From: Candidatus Anaerobiospirillum pullicola
Lineage (GTDB): Bacteria > Pseudomonadota > Gammaproteobacteria > Enterobacterales > Succinivibrionaceae
Length of the DNA: 64,000 bases
NCBI GenBank assembly: GCA_018884035.1
Contig: JAHLFE010000017.1
Span: 55-64,054 of the forward strand
Direction of reading: 5' to 3'
How positions within the stretch are numbered: the first letter of the stretch is position 1; every line of letters starts with the position of its first letter. Of the stretch, positions 54,045 to 63,765 are shown piece by piece. A program made the translations under genes and the position numbers. The notes below the pieces were generated by a model. The model worked only from the letters and a program-made list of their open reading frames with translations. It made no database searches and was not told the origin of the DNA.

Positions 54045-54658
54045 TGAGCACCCTCAACATACAAATTCCATCAGTCAGCGCCCCCTGCTAAGCTTAGAGC
54101 AAGTGGTAGCGCAGGCAACTGAGCCTACTAATCCTGCACTCTGAGCCGTTGTGTACATGAAGAGATGACAGCGGCTGTGGTGGCGGTGCAAACGCGGAGG
54201 CGTGCAGCGGCAGGTAGTGCTGTTATTGTAGCAAACCTCACTAAAGTGTAGGTTAGCGGCAAATGAGGCTGTGATCATGGCCACAGCTTGGGACAATTGA
54301 GCACTGACGCAGGGCGCAGAGATAGGTGATGAATAAATTTACGGCAAAGATTGGCTTGAGGCAAATACGCTTTGGGCTAAATTGTCAGCAAAAGGGAAAA
54401 AAGTGAGGCTAGTGCACCACTAATAGCCGCAAGCAGGCGCGCCACATAACAAGCAGGGGCTTCAAAGCCGCTGTGTGGGCAAGTTAAGAGCTTCGCAGTA
54501 TGGGCGCTTAGTGGTGGTGAAGTGAGCCGTGGAGCTTAAGAGGTAGGTGGAGGTAAGTAGGTAGGTAGGTAGGTAGGTGACTGGTCGTATGCTACGCTAA
54601 AAACACATAGATACAACACAAGGGTAAAAATAAAGGCCATCACGGCCTAAGAGGGTTT

Positions 54659-54736
54659 TGGTGGAGCTAAACGGAATCGAACCGATGACCTCCTGCATGC
54701 CATGCAGGCGCTCTAAACCAACTGAGCTATAGCCCC
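54659..54736 (-). tRNA. tRNA-Ala(GGC)
   Basis: GGGGCTATAGCTCAG...GCATGGCATGC...GGTTCGATTCC...CTCCACCA; G3:U70 pair. Confidence 0.97.
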
Positions 54737-54757
54737 AAAACCTGATTTTTATCTTAC

Positions 54758-54833
54758 TGGTGGAGGTATACGGGATCGAACCGTAGACCCTCTGCTTGCA
54801 AAGCAGATGCTCTACCAACTGAGCTATACCCCC
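54758..54833 (-). tRNA. tRNA-Ala(TGC)
   Basis: GGGGGTATAGCTCAG...TCTGCTTTGCAAGCAGA...GGTTCGATCCC...CTCCACCA; G3:U70 pair. Confidence 0.97.
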
Positions 54834-54855
54834 AGCCTAAGATCTTGTTTTCGTT

Positions 54856-54933
54856 TGGTGGAGCTAAACGGAATCGAACCGATGACCTCCTGCATGCCAT
54901 GCAGGCGCTCTAAACCAACTGAGCTATAGCCCC
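54856..54933 (-). tRNA. tRNA-Ala(GGC), identical to 54659-54736
   Basis: Same 78-nt sequence. Confidence 0.97.
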
Positions 54934-54955
54934 GCGCCGTCAGAAAACGAAGCCC

Positions 54956-54983
54956 ATTATAAGGGCAAAATGCAGAGTGTCAA
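54956..54983 (-). promoter_or_regulatory. sigma70 stable-RNA promoter of the tRNA-Ala operon
   Basis: Minus strand TTGACA-16 nt-TATAAT, with a GGGC discriminator and an AT-rich UP-like tract at 54984-55012. Confidence 0.9.
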
Positions 54984-55245
54984 GAAATTTTTTAAAAATT
55001 TTGAAAATTTTTGCTGCAAAGATGTCGGCAGTGGTCATTTGCCTGATAAATAAGCGCTTTGTGTGTTTGCAAAGACTGCAAGCTGCGGCTTAAGGTGAAT
55101 GTTTCGTAGGCCATGGTGGCCCTGAGCATGAGCTCTGGCCGCTACAATGCTACTGTAGTGGCGATATAAGCAGAGCAAAGGCTCCTTACCATCACCACTT
55201 ATCATCAGCATCTCCTTGCAAGATACTCATAGAGAACACAACACC

Positions 55246-56259
55246 ATGCTCAACCAAACGTCCACCTCGCACAGCGCTCCTATTTCTTGTGCGCTGATCA
55301 CCGGTGCCACCGGTTTCATTGGCTCATGGCTGACCAAGCTCTTTTTGCACCATAACATTAGGGTGGTGGCCTTTGGGCGTAAGCCTTGGGAGCAAGTCGA
55401 TCCGCAGCGCTTAGCCGCACACAAGTTGCTCACTTATATCCCGCTTTCCCAAGAGCAACTGTCCTCTGTCCCCAAGTATCTGGAGGCAGCCGGTATCGGC
55501 GCTGTGCAATTGGGCTCTAATGCCGTGTTTTACAATCTGGCGTGGGGAAGCAGTGGGGGCTTGTCTGATCTCGATGTCGCGGGACAGATGGGCAATGTGC
55601 TGGCCTCGCAGCAAGCTTTTTTGCTGGCAGAGGCTTTAGGCTGTAAGCGCTTAGTGCAGATTGGCACCATGGAAGAGGCTTTTACCGAGGCCTATCTGCC
55701 GCTTGATTTCCATCATGCCCCTTACTATAACCGCCACATCATCTATGCTGAGGCCAAGCGCTGTGCCCGTATGACCTTAAAAGCCATGTGCTCTAGCATG
55801 CACTGTGAGCTGATCATCGTTAATCAGTCGCACATCATGGGCCCCTTGGATCACCGTGATTCCTTTATCACTGCTACGATGAAGCGGATCTTAAAGGGTG
55901 AGCCTTTACGCTTTACCCCATGTGAGCAGTACTTTGATGTGGTCTCGGTGTTTGATTGTGTGCGCGCTTTAAAGATCATTGGTGAGCGTGGACAGCCGCA
56001 AGCTGAGTATTGGATTGGCTCAGGCCATGCCCGCCCGCTTAAGGAATACGTCAATATCCTTTTGCAATTGCACGCTACTGCTGCACCTGTAGAGTTTGGG
56101 GCGCTCAGCTATCAGGACGTGCGCTTGGATAAGTCAGTGTTTTCCCCTGAGCTGTTACAGCGCGATACGGGCTTTACTTGTGAGCTGGATTTTCCGCAGA
56201 TTACAGCGGAGCTCTATACGTGGTTGCAAACGGGACAGGTCATTACGCACTTAGATTAA
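55246..56259 (+). CDS. NAD(P)-dependent NDP-sugar epimerase/reductase, paralog of 43469-44482
   Basis: GATGFIGS, FYNLAW, LGCKRLVQIGTMEE, YAEAK. Confidence 0.8.
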   Translation: MLNQTSTSHSAPISCALITGATGFIGSWLTKLFLHHNIRVVAFGRKPWEQVDPQRLAAHKLLTYIPLSQEQLSSVPKYLEAAGIGAVQLGSNAVFYNLAWGSSGGLSDLDVAGQMGNVLASQQAFLLAEALGCKRLVQIGTMEEAFTEAYLPLDFHHAPYYNRHIIYAEAKRCARMTLKAMCSSMHCELIIVNQSHIMGPLDHRDSFITATMKRILKGEPLRFTPCEQYFDVVSVFDCVRALKIIGERGQPQAEYWIGSGHARPLKEYVNILLQLHATAAPVEFGALSYQDVRLDKSVFSPELLQRDTGFTCELDFPQITAELYTWLQTGQVITHLD

Positions 56260-56380
56260 GCCTGAGGGCTTGCTTGAAGCACAAGCAGTGCTGCCTGCCA
56301 GCCTGCCAGCCAGCACTGCTGCCTGCTGCTTGCTGGCAGCCTTCCTGAAGCCGTATGGTAGCAGGCACCAAACACTGATA

Positions 56381-56569
56381 GAGGGTGTTTTTCCCTTGTG
56401 TGCGCACAGCTACTTGCCATTAACCTACCTCAAGATACGTCGCGGTAGCGACGCTCGACGCTCCCAATCAGGTTTCTGCATCAAGGTGCTTAACCCCACC
56501 TAAAAGGCCGGTTTTAAGCCAATAGCATAGGGAAAAATACTTTGAAGGAACAATAGGAAAAACGCTCTC
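56381..56569. mobile_element. MITE family C, copy 2 (189 bp, 8-bp target duplication CACTGATA)
   Basis: CACTGATA|GAGGGTGTTTTTCC...GGAAAAACGCTCTC|CACTGATA; internal GTCGCGGTAGCGACGCT and AGGTTTCTGCATCAAGG are shared with copy 1. Confidence 0.9.
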
Positions 56570-56750
56570 CACTGATATGGCAGTCCTGACCATTAGGACG
56601 CTGTAAGCAGGTCGCTGTAAGGAGCATGCGCACCTACTTCAGACCTTGTGCTGTTGCTGTTGCTGTTGCTGCTGGTGGTAGGTTGCTTACAGCACGCCCC
56701 GCACCTGCTCATCTTGTTCCGTAGGTAACCTAAAAAGCGCCTGACGGCGC

Positions 56751-56934
56751 CTTATCTCAGGGGCGTTGAGCTTGCACGCTGGCATGCCCAATCAGCACGC
56801 AAGCACACCGCATCAGTAATGACTCGCTGAGCAGCAATAGCCGCCTCTTATTGATAACGCCGATAAACATCAGGTTTTTGCTGTAGACGTGAGTAGAGCT
56901 GAGCGCATACTCTGTGCTACGATTCAAGATAAGA
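56751..56934 (-). repeat. family D element, copy 2
   Basis: Reverse complement of 37188-37368; short CTTATCT/AGATAAG inverted ends. Confidence 0.85.
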
Positions 56935-57066
56935 GTAGCGCCTCAGCAAACACCTCCTCTCAGGATAAAACACCTGATTGCAGGCAGTTACATCCTTTGG
57001 GATTTGCTTGTGTGGGATACACACCTTGTTCCTCTAACTCTTTGCCCCCGTTTACCTCTGAAAACA

Positions 57067-57102
57067 AAAAGGCCACCCACAAAAGCTTGTAGGAGGCCTT
57101 TT
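57067..57102 (-). terminator. probable terminator of flhB
   Basis: AAAAGGCC...GGCCTTTT hairpin just past the stop codon. Confidence 0.6.
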
Positions 57103-57110
57103 CGCTGCCG

Positions 57111-58247
57111 CTAGAAGCGCAGCTCGTCTGGAATTGGGAGGTTCTTATCCAGATCACGTGGCTTATGCGGCGTCTTGCCCTCTTTGTAGGCCTTGGTGCC
57201 CATAACCCACGCCAGTACTTGCGCCACCGCTTGGAACAGACCACGTGGAATCTCGTGGTCTAAATCAGTGGTGTAGTACAAAGAACGTGCAAGTGGTGGT
57301 AACTGCAAGATAGGAATCTGGTACTCGCGGGCGATTTCCTTAATCTTCTCCGCAACCTCATCCACACCTTTAGCCACCACAATTGGCGCTAACTCACCAT
57401 CGGGATCATATGACAGTGCCACCGCATAATGGGTAGGGTTGGTCACAACCACGTCGGCTGTTGGCACCTTCGCCATCATACGACGCACCGCCATCTCGTA
57501 CTGTCTACGACGGATACGGCTCTTGATCTGTGGGTTACCTTCCGTCTCCTTCATTTCATCCTTCAGCTCTTGCTTGGTCATGCGCAATTGCTGACGGTAT
57601 TGCCAGATCTGGAAAGGCACGTCGATCAAGATGATCGGGATCATGGCGCAGACAATGATCAGCATAAACCAGAAGAGAATGGTAAAGGCCTGCTGCACCG
57701 CTGCATAAATGTCGATGTAGGACAGGTTGAGAATCTGGTTTATACGGCCACTGATCAGGAAGTAGCAGATGGCGCCAATACACACAACCTTGGCGATACT
57801 CTTAATGAGCTCGACAATAGAGTTGAGGCTGAAGATACGCTTGATGCCATTGATGGGGTTGAGCTTGTCAAACTTTGGCATCATCGCCTCAGTCGAGAAG
57901 TTCATACCGCCAACCATGATGTTGCCAAAGAAAGCTGCTAGCAGCATAAAGCCGCACACAATCAAGAGGGGAATGGCAACGGCAAAGAGATCTTGGTAAA
58001 AGACACGGCCCATCTCATAGAGGTCAAAGACCTGCTCACGGCTAAGAGTAAAGGAGTGTTCCATAACACCCATCATGCTCTTACCTAAAAACGGAGCAAC
58101 GAGCCACAGTGAGAGCACGCCGGAGATCAGCACAAAGAAAGTACCAGCCTCACGAGAGCGTGGGAGTTGACCTTTTTTACGCGCGTCTGATATTCGTTTA
58201 CCAGTCGGCTCTTCGGTCTTCTCCTGTCCATCGGACGACTCGGCCAT
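57111..58247 (-). CDS. flhB: flagellar export switch protein FlhB
   Basis: EKTEEPT.KR..ARKKGQ, EGNPQIK.R, NPTH autocleavage motif, PIVVAKG. Confidence 0.96.
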   Translation of the reverse strand: MAESSDGQEKTEEPTGKRISDARKKGQLPRSREAGTFFVLISGVLSLWLVAPFLGKSMMGVMEHSFTLSREQVFDLYEMGRVFYQDLFAVAIPLLIVCGFMLLAAFFGNIMVGGMNFSTEAMMPKFDKLNPINGIKRIFSLNSIVELIKSIAKVVCIGAICYFLISGRINQILNLSYIDIYAAVQQAFTILFWFMLIIVCAMIPIILIDVPFQIWQYRQQLRMTKQELKDEMKETEGNPQIKSRIRRRQYEMAVRRMMAKVPTADVVVTNPTHYAVALSYDPDGELAPIVVAKGVDEVAEKIKEIAREYQIPILQLPPLARSLYYTTDLDHEIPRGLFQAVAQVLAWVMGTKAYKEGKTPHKPRDLDKNLPIPDELRF

Positions 58248-59057
58248 CAACTATCCTCTGTCAGTGCTGGCTAAGTTGAGGCGTTGTCATTACCACATAG
58301 AGTCTGCACATGGTGCGATAAATCAGCATCAGCATGCAGACTAAAGGCCGCAAAGGGGCCGCAGAGCTGTGGTGAGCGCACAGCTGGCAAAGCAAAAAAG
58401 AGTACAGAGGAGTTAGGGGGCCTTGCTCTACCTCAAGAGCCGCCTTAGGGGCGGGGTAGAGCGTACTGCTGGGTAAAAAACAACGTCCGCAAGAAGCGCA
58501 GCTAGGAAGACTATACCCGCAGGTATAGCCCGGCACTAAGGGTTAAACACCGGTTCTCTTGACACCACCTCATAGTCCAGCAAGGGAAAAAGGTATTGCT
58601 CGCACACAAGGTGCGGATGCCAAGGTTAGAACCATTACTCACAGCCGCATTATAGAGCAAGAAACATACGCGCAAAACAGCATACAACTGGGAAAGGCAG
58701 CCTTTAAGGCAGACCTTAAGCAGTCCTTAGCTGCCCTTAAGCTGCACCGGTGAAACTATGAAGGCGCAAAGGCGCAAAGGCGCAGCATCGCAGCAGCGGT
58801 GGCAGCGGCAGTAGCGCCCATAGCAGCACGCTTTATGTGGGCTGATGGTGATAGTCACGCATGATGGGTGCTGCTCCAAAGTGCAGTGTTAAGCTACCCA
58901 CAGTAAAGCGCAGCTTAGGCATAAGGCATACGATTTGCGCCCACGGCACGCTGTCCTATGCTAAGCTAATGCCCCCCTGAGCTGCTTGCTCTCACTTCAG
59001 CAAAGCGACAGCAGCGCAGATAACCATCTTTTTGGCACATACATGGAGACGACAGCG

Positions 59058-60977
59058 ATGACTAAAGCTCAAGACGCTTATGACAGTTCCTCAATCGAGG
59101 TGCTAGAGGGCTTAGAGCCTGTACGCCGTCGCCCAGGTATGTACACCGACACCACCAACCCTAACCACTTGGGTATGGAGGTGATCGACAACTCTGTCGA
59201 CGAGGCTCTGGCAGGTTACGCCACCTACATCGAGGTGATGCTGCATGAGGATGAGTCCTTAGAGGTGGTCGATAACGGTCGTGGTATGCCGGTGGATATC
59301 CACCCCGTAGAAAAGGTGCCTGCCGTGGAGCTGATCTTTGGTAAGTTGCACGCCGGTGGTAAGTTCAACTCCAAAACCTACGGCTTTTCCGGTGGTCTGC
59401 ATGGTGTCGGTGTCAGTGTGGTAAACGCGCTCTCGACGCGCCTTGAGGCCCGTATTCAGCGCCATGGCAAGATCTACGCGCTGGCCTACGAGCATGGCAA
59501 TAAGGTTGAGGACTTACACGTTATTGGCAAGTGCGACAGCAAGGCTACCGGCACCGCTGTGCGCTTTTGGCCGGATGACTCGTACTTTGACTCGCCGCAC
59601 TTTAACTTTAAGTCTTTAATGCACCTGTTAAAGGCTAAAGCCGTGCTTTGCCCTAACCTCACAGTGCATTTCGTTAACGAAAAGAGCGGTGAGGAGTTTA
59701 CGTGGACGCATGAGGGCTCGCTGGGCAACTACCTGCAGAACCAATGTGCTGAGCGCACCATTGTGCCTAATCCGCCATACTCAGAAGTGATCAAAAATGA
59801 GGAGTCGGAGATTGCCTTTGCCGTTACGTGGGAAATGGAGGGTGATGGCCATAGCGAGCTGGTGCGTGAATCCTTTGTCAACCTCATTCCTACAGCCGAG
59901 GGCGGTACCCATGTAAATGGCTTCCGCACGGGCCTGCTCACTGCCATGCGCGAGTTCTGCGATCTGCACAATCTGCTGCCACGTGGTTTAAAACTGGTGG
60001 CGGATGACATCTGGAATCGTTGCTCGTATGTGCTCTCGGTGAAGATGCGTGACCCGCAATTTGCCGGTCAAACCAAGGAAAAGCTCTCTTCGCGCGAGTG
60101 CGCCCCGTTAGTGGAAAATGCGGTTAAAGACCGCTTCTCGCTGTACTTAAACGCTCACGTCGACACGGCCAAGGCTATTGCCAATATGATCATTGCCGCC
60201 GCCAAGGCGCGCGACAGTGCGGCCAAGGTGGTGGAGCGCAAAAAAGCAGTGCGTGGCCCACAATTACCTGGCAAATTGGTCGATTGCACCTCTACGGATC
60301 CTAGCCGCAGTGAGTTATTCATTGTTGAGGGTGACTCGGCCGGTGGCTCGGCACGTCAAGCGCGTGATGCGGCTTTTCAAGCTATCTTGCCTTTACGTGG
60401 CAAGATCTTAAACACGTGGGAAGTATCCGCACGCACCGCACTAGCCTCGGAAGAAATTCGCGCGATTTCGGTGGCGATGGGCTTAGAGCCTGATAGTGAT
60501 AACTTAGAGGGGCTGCGCTACAACAAGATCTGCATCTTAGCTGATGCTGACTCTGACGGCTTGCACATTGGCACCTTACTCTGTGCGCTTTTTGTGAAGC
60601 ACTTTACGAAGCTTGTGCGCGAGGGCCATGTCTATGTGGCTTGCCCACCACTTTATCGTATCGACAGCGGTAAGGATAAGGCTTACGCCTTGGATGATGC
60701 GGAGCTGAGCCAAAAGCAGAAGCTGTTTTTACGTCGTGGTGCCAAGCCAGAGAGCATCAAGATCCAGCGCTTCAAGGGCTTAGGTGAGATGAATCCGGAG
60801 CAGCTTAGAGAGACGACCTTAGCGCCGCAATCACGGCGTTTAATGCAGCTGACGCTGGAGGACGCGGTGCAGGATGAGACCTTTGCGCTCTTTGATATGC
60901 TGCTGTCAAAGAAGCGGGCGGGCGATCGTCGCGTGTGGTTAGAAGAAAACGGCGATCGTGCGGAGATGGTGGATTAG
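59058..60977 (+). CDS. parE: DNA topoisomerase IV subunit B
   Basis: GLEPVRRRPGMYTDT..PNHL, GGLHGVG, EGDSAGG, PLRGKILN, RFKGLGEM; about 640 aa, without the GyrB insertion. Confidence 0.95.
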   Translation: MTKAQDAYDSSSIEVLEGLEPVRRRPGMYTDTTNPNHLGMEVIDNSVDEALAGYATYIEVMLHEDESLEVVDNGRGMPVDIHPVEKVPAVELIFGKLHAGGKFNSKTYGFSGGLHGVGVSVVNALSTRLEARIQRHGKIYALAYEHGNKVEDLHVIGKCDSKATGTAVRFWPDDSYFDSPHFNFKSLMHLLKAKAVLCPNLTVHFVNEKSGEEFTWTHEGSLGNYLQNQCAERTIVPNPPYSEVIKNEESEIAFAVTWEMEGDGHSELVRESFVNLIPTAEGGTHVNGFRTGLLTAMREFCDLHNLLPRGLKLVADDIWNRCSYVLSVKMRDPQFAGQTKEKLSSRECAPLVENAVKDRFSLYLNAHVDTAKAIANMIIAAAKARDSAAKVVERKKAVRGPQLPGKLVDCTSTDPSRSELFIVEGDSAGGSARQARDAAFQAILPLRGKILNTWEVSARTALASEEIRAISVAMGLEPDSDNLEGLRYNKICILADADSDGLHIGTLLCALFVKHFTKLVREGHVYVACPPLYRIDSGKDKAYALDDAELSQKQKLFLRRGAKPESIKIQRFKGLGEMNPEQLRETTLAPQSRRLMQLTLEDAVQDETFALFDMLLSKKRAGDRRVWLEENGDRAEMVD

Positions 60978-61208
60978 AGGCGAGATAGCAAGCCCACAGT
61001 GCTGTCGCATGCAACGGCGCATAGTGGGCTTGTTATTATGGGCTTCCTTTAGAGGGTTAGTGCCTCAGCGCAGTATCTCCCTTGTAACCTGAGGCCAGAG
61101 TGCTGGTGGGAGCGAGGTGCACTCGTGCGCGGGTGATCGTGTTGTATCGCTACCCCCGCAAACGCAAAGAAGCGCCTATTATTGAAGGTGGGAGAGATGC
61201 AGCGCAGC

Positions 61209-62258
61209 TTACTTGAGATGCTGCGGGGTAGCGATCAGCACAGTCTCGTAATATGGCTGTCTGCTTCCAGAGTAACGGAGTTTGAACTCATAGCCCAAGT
61301 CTAAGCTCTCGAGGTAAGGCTTGAGCTCGTAGTACTCCTCAGGCGTGTGGTAGATAGCGCTGATGATCACCGGGCGCTGGGTCTTAATGGTGTGCAGAGC
61401 ACCGCGCAACGCGTGGGGTTCAAAACCCTCAATATCGAGCTTGATGAGGCCGACATTAAGCTGGCGCTCTTGGACTAAATCATCAATGGTAATGATGTCC
61501 ACTTCCTCGCTATCAGGGACAAAGCTTGCGCTGCGATGCTCCTTGTAGCTTGGCGTATTTTCATCGGTAAATAGCAGCGAGTAGGTGGCAAAGCCGGATG
61601 GCTTGGTGATGGTCATGCGGTCATGATGCTCGCCTACACCGGCATGTACGGTAAAGACGCGTGAGCTGTCGGTCTTGAGGAGCTCACAGAGCGTGCGCTC
61701 TTGCATGTACTTCACATTGGATGAGGCGGGCTCAATGGCATACAGGCGCGATTGTGGAAACAGCTCGTGAAACAGCAGCGTGGTGTCACCAATGTAGGCG
61801 CCACCGTCGATCACGTCCTTGCCATTGATGTAGTCAAGCACTTGTGGCTTGCTGTCGTAGAGACCGTATTTATTAACGTACTCAGATGGGCAGAAGGATG
61901 GCAGCTTAGCAAATTGTGGTGGTAAGCTCTTGCTTGCCAGCATCTGTTGCCATAACTGATAGCGCTGGTGATCCTCAGGGGTGAAAACCGCCGCGTTGCT
62001 TACCATGACTTTAGGCAGCATCGGCAGCAGGTCGTACATATCCTCAAGGTGGTCGATGAGCGCACAGGAGATATCGTCCATCCCTGCTTTGAGGTTGGCG
62101 GCTAAAGTGGCAGTCACGTGTTGGCGGCGGTAGCGGATAAACTCTGGGGCAAACACAAAGTCCATCTGCTGGTAGTTGTCGTGGATGAGATGGCCGTAGG
62201 CTGCGGCATCCATCTCATAAGTTTCGCCGTTGGGTTTGGTGAGTTGCAAAGTATCCAT
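61209..62258 (-). CDS. FkbM-family SAM-dependent methyltransferase
   Basis: IDGGAYIGD, IEP, TIDD, IKLDIEGFE..AL.GA, SAIYH. Confidence 0.88.
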   Translation of the reverse strand: MDTLQLTKPNGETYEMDAAAYGHLIHDNYQQMDFVFAPEFIRYRRQHVTATLAANLKAGMDDISCALIDHLEDMYDLLPMLPKVMVSNAAVFTPEDHQRYQLWQQMLASKSLPPQFAKLPSFCPSEYVNKYGLYDSKPQVLDYINGKDVIDGGAYIGDTTLLFHELFPQSRLYAIEPASSNVKYMQERTLCELLKTDSSRVFTVHAGVGEHHDRMTITKPSGFATYSLLFTDENTPSYKEHRSASFVPDSEEVDIITIDDLVQERQLNVGLIKLDIEGFEPHALRGALHTIKTQRPVIISAIYHTPEEYYELKPYLESLDLGYEFKLRYSGSRQPYYETVLIATPQHLK

Positions 62259-62511
62259 ACTGTACTTGGGTAGGTTGTGTTAGAAAAGAAGAGAGTCCCA
62301 CAACCATGGCGCCTACGTACACTTTGCGACCGTATAGGTCGACACTTTGTCCCGTCATTGCCTGCAGTTTTGCATTTTGCAGGTGTCAAGCTAAGAGTGC
62401 CGTTAGCCCCAACGCAGTACGGATAAAGGGGGATGACTAAGCAGCGCACAAATGCGGTGTGCGCTGCCGTTGTCTGGTATCTGGCTTAGTACCAGAGATG
62501 TTCGGTGTGGC

Positions 62512-63558
62512 TTAGCTTATTTTTGGAGTAGCGATCAGCACGATCTCATAGTAGGGCTGTCTACTGCCAGAGTAACGGAGTTTGAACTCATAGCCGAGGT
62601 CTAAGCTCTCAAGGTAAGGCTTGAGCTCGTAGTACTCCTCAGGCGTGTGGTAGATAGCGCTGATGATCACCGGGCGCTGGGTCTTAATGGTGTGTAGAGC
62701 ACCGCGCAACGCGTGGGGTTCAAAACCCTCAATATCGAGCTTAATGAGACCAACGTGCAGTTGGCGCTCACGGACTAAGTCATCGATAGCGATGATGTCC
62801 ACTTCCTCGGTATCGGGCTGATACTGCTCGTTGCGATACTTGAGATAATTAGGGGAAGTATCAGCGTTGAGCACGAGCGAGTAGGAGGCATGACCAGAAG
62901 GTTTGGTAATGGTCATGCGATCGTGGTGCTCGCCTACACCGGCATGTACGGTAAAGACGCGTGAGCTGTCGGTCTTGAGGAGCTCACAGAGCGTGCGCTC
63001 TTGCATGTACTTGATGTTGGTTGATGCGGGCTCAATGGCGTAGAAACGCGACAGGGGAAACATCTCGTGGAACAACAGCGTGGTGTCACCCATGTAGGCA
63101 CCACCGTCGATGATGTCCTTACCGTTGATGTAGGCAAGCACTTGAGGATCACTGTCGTAGAGGCCGTATTGGTTGACGTACTCAGGCTGACAAAACTGTG
63201 GGAGCTGCTTATAAAATTCTGGCAGCTCGTTGTTGGCAGCCTTTTGCTGCCATAACTGACAGCGCTTCTGATCCTCAGCGGTTAAGACCGCATCCTTTTG
63301 AATCAGAACGTGACCTAACATTGGCAGCAGATCGTACATATCCTCCATGTGGTCGACCAAGGCACAGGAGAGCTCGTCCATACCAGCCTTAAGCTTTGCT
63401 GCTAAGGAGGCTGTCACGTGATTACGGCGATAGCGCATGAAGTCTTGCGACCAGATAAAGTCATGCTGCTCATAGTGGTCGTAGATGTAATGACCATACT
63501 CTGCGGCTGTCACCTCATTGGTGTCGCCATTAGTTTTAGTTAGCTTTAAAGTGTCCAT
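62512..63558 (-). CDS. FkbM-family methyltransferase, tandem paralog
   Basis: Same motifs, collinear with the previous gene at a 1300-bp offset. Confidence 0.88.
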   Translation of the reverse strand: MDTLKLTKTNGDTNEVTAAEYGHYIYDHYEQHDFIWSQDFMRYRRNHVTASLAAKLKAGMDELSCALVDHMEDMYDLLPMLGHVLIQKDAVLTAEDQKRCQLWQQKAANNELPEFYKQLPQFCQPEYVNQYGLYDSDPQVLAYINGKDIIDGGAYMGDTTLLFHEMFPLSRFYAIEPASTNIKYMQERTLCELLKTDSSRVFTVHAGVGEHHDRMTITKPSGHASYSLVLNADTSPNYLKYRNEQYQPDTEEVDIIAIDDLVRERQLHVGLIKLDIEGFEPHALRGALHTIKTQRPVIISAIYHTPEEYYELKPYLESLDLGYEFKLRYSGSRQPYYEIVLIATPKIS

Positions 63559-63765
63559 ATTGTGGATTGGTGTTGTGTTAGAAAGTGAGGCAGTGGAGCT
63601 TATATCTGAGCTCCGCAGCAGAGGCCCAAACTCATAACAAGGGTGCTGGTCACTATGTGGCGACCATATCGTTACGTTGGTAGGGGCGTGGGGGAGTGAG
63701 GAAAACTGTTGCGTCTTGAGCGCGAGCTCGCGAGCATAAGACCCGCGTGCTGGTAAGCGCTGCTG

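Noticed and set aside
54659..56934. tRNA-anchored integrative island
   Set aside because: No integrase and no displaced tRNA 3' fragment; the accessory gene lies on the promoter side of the tRNAs.
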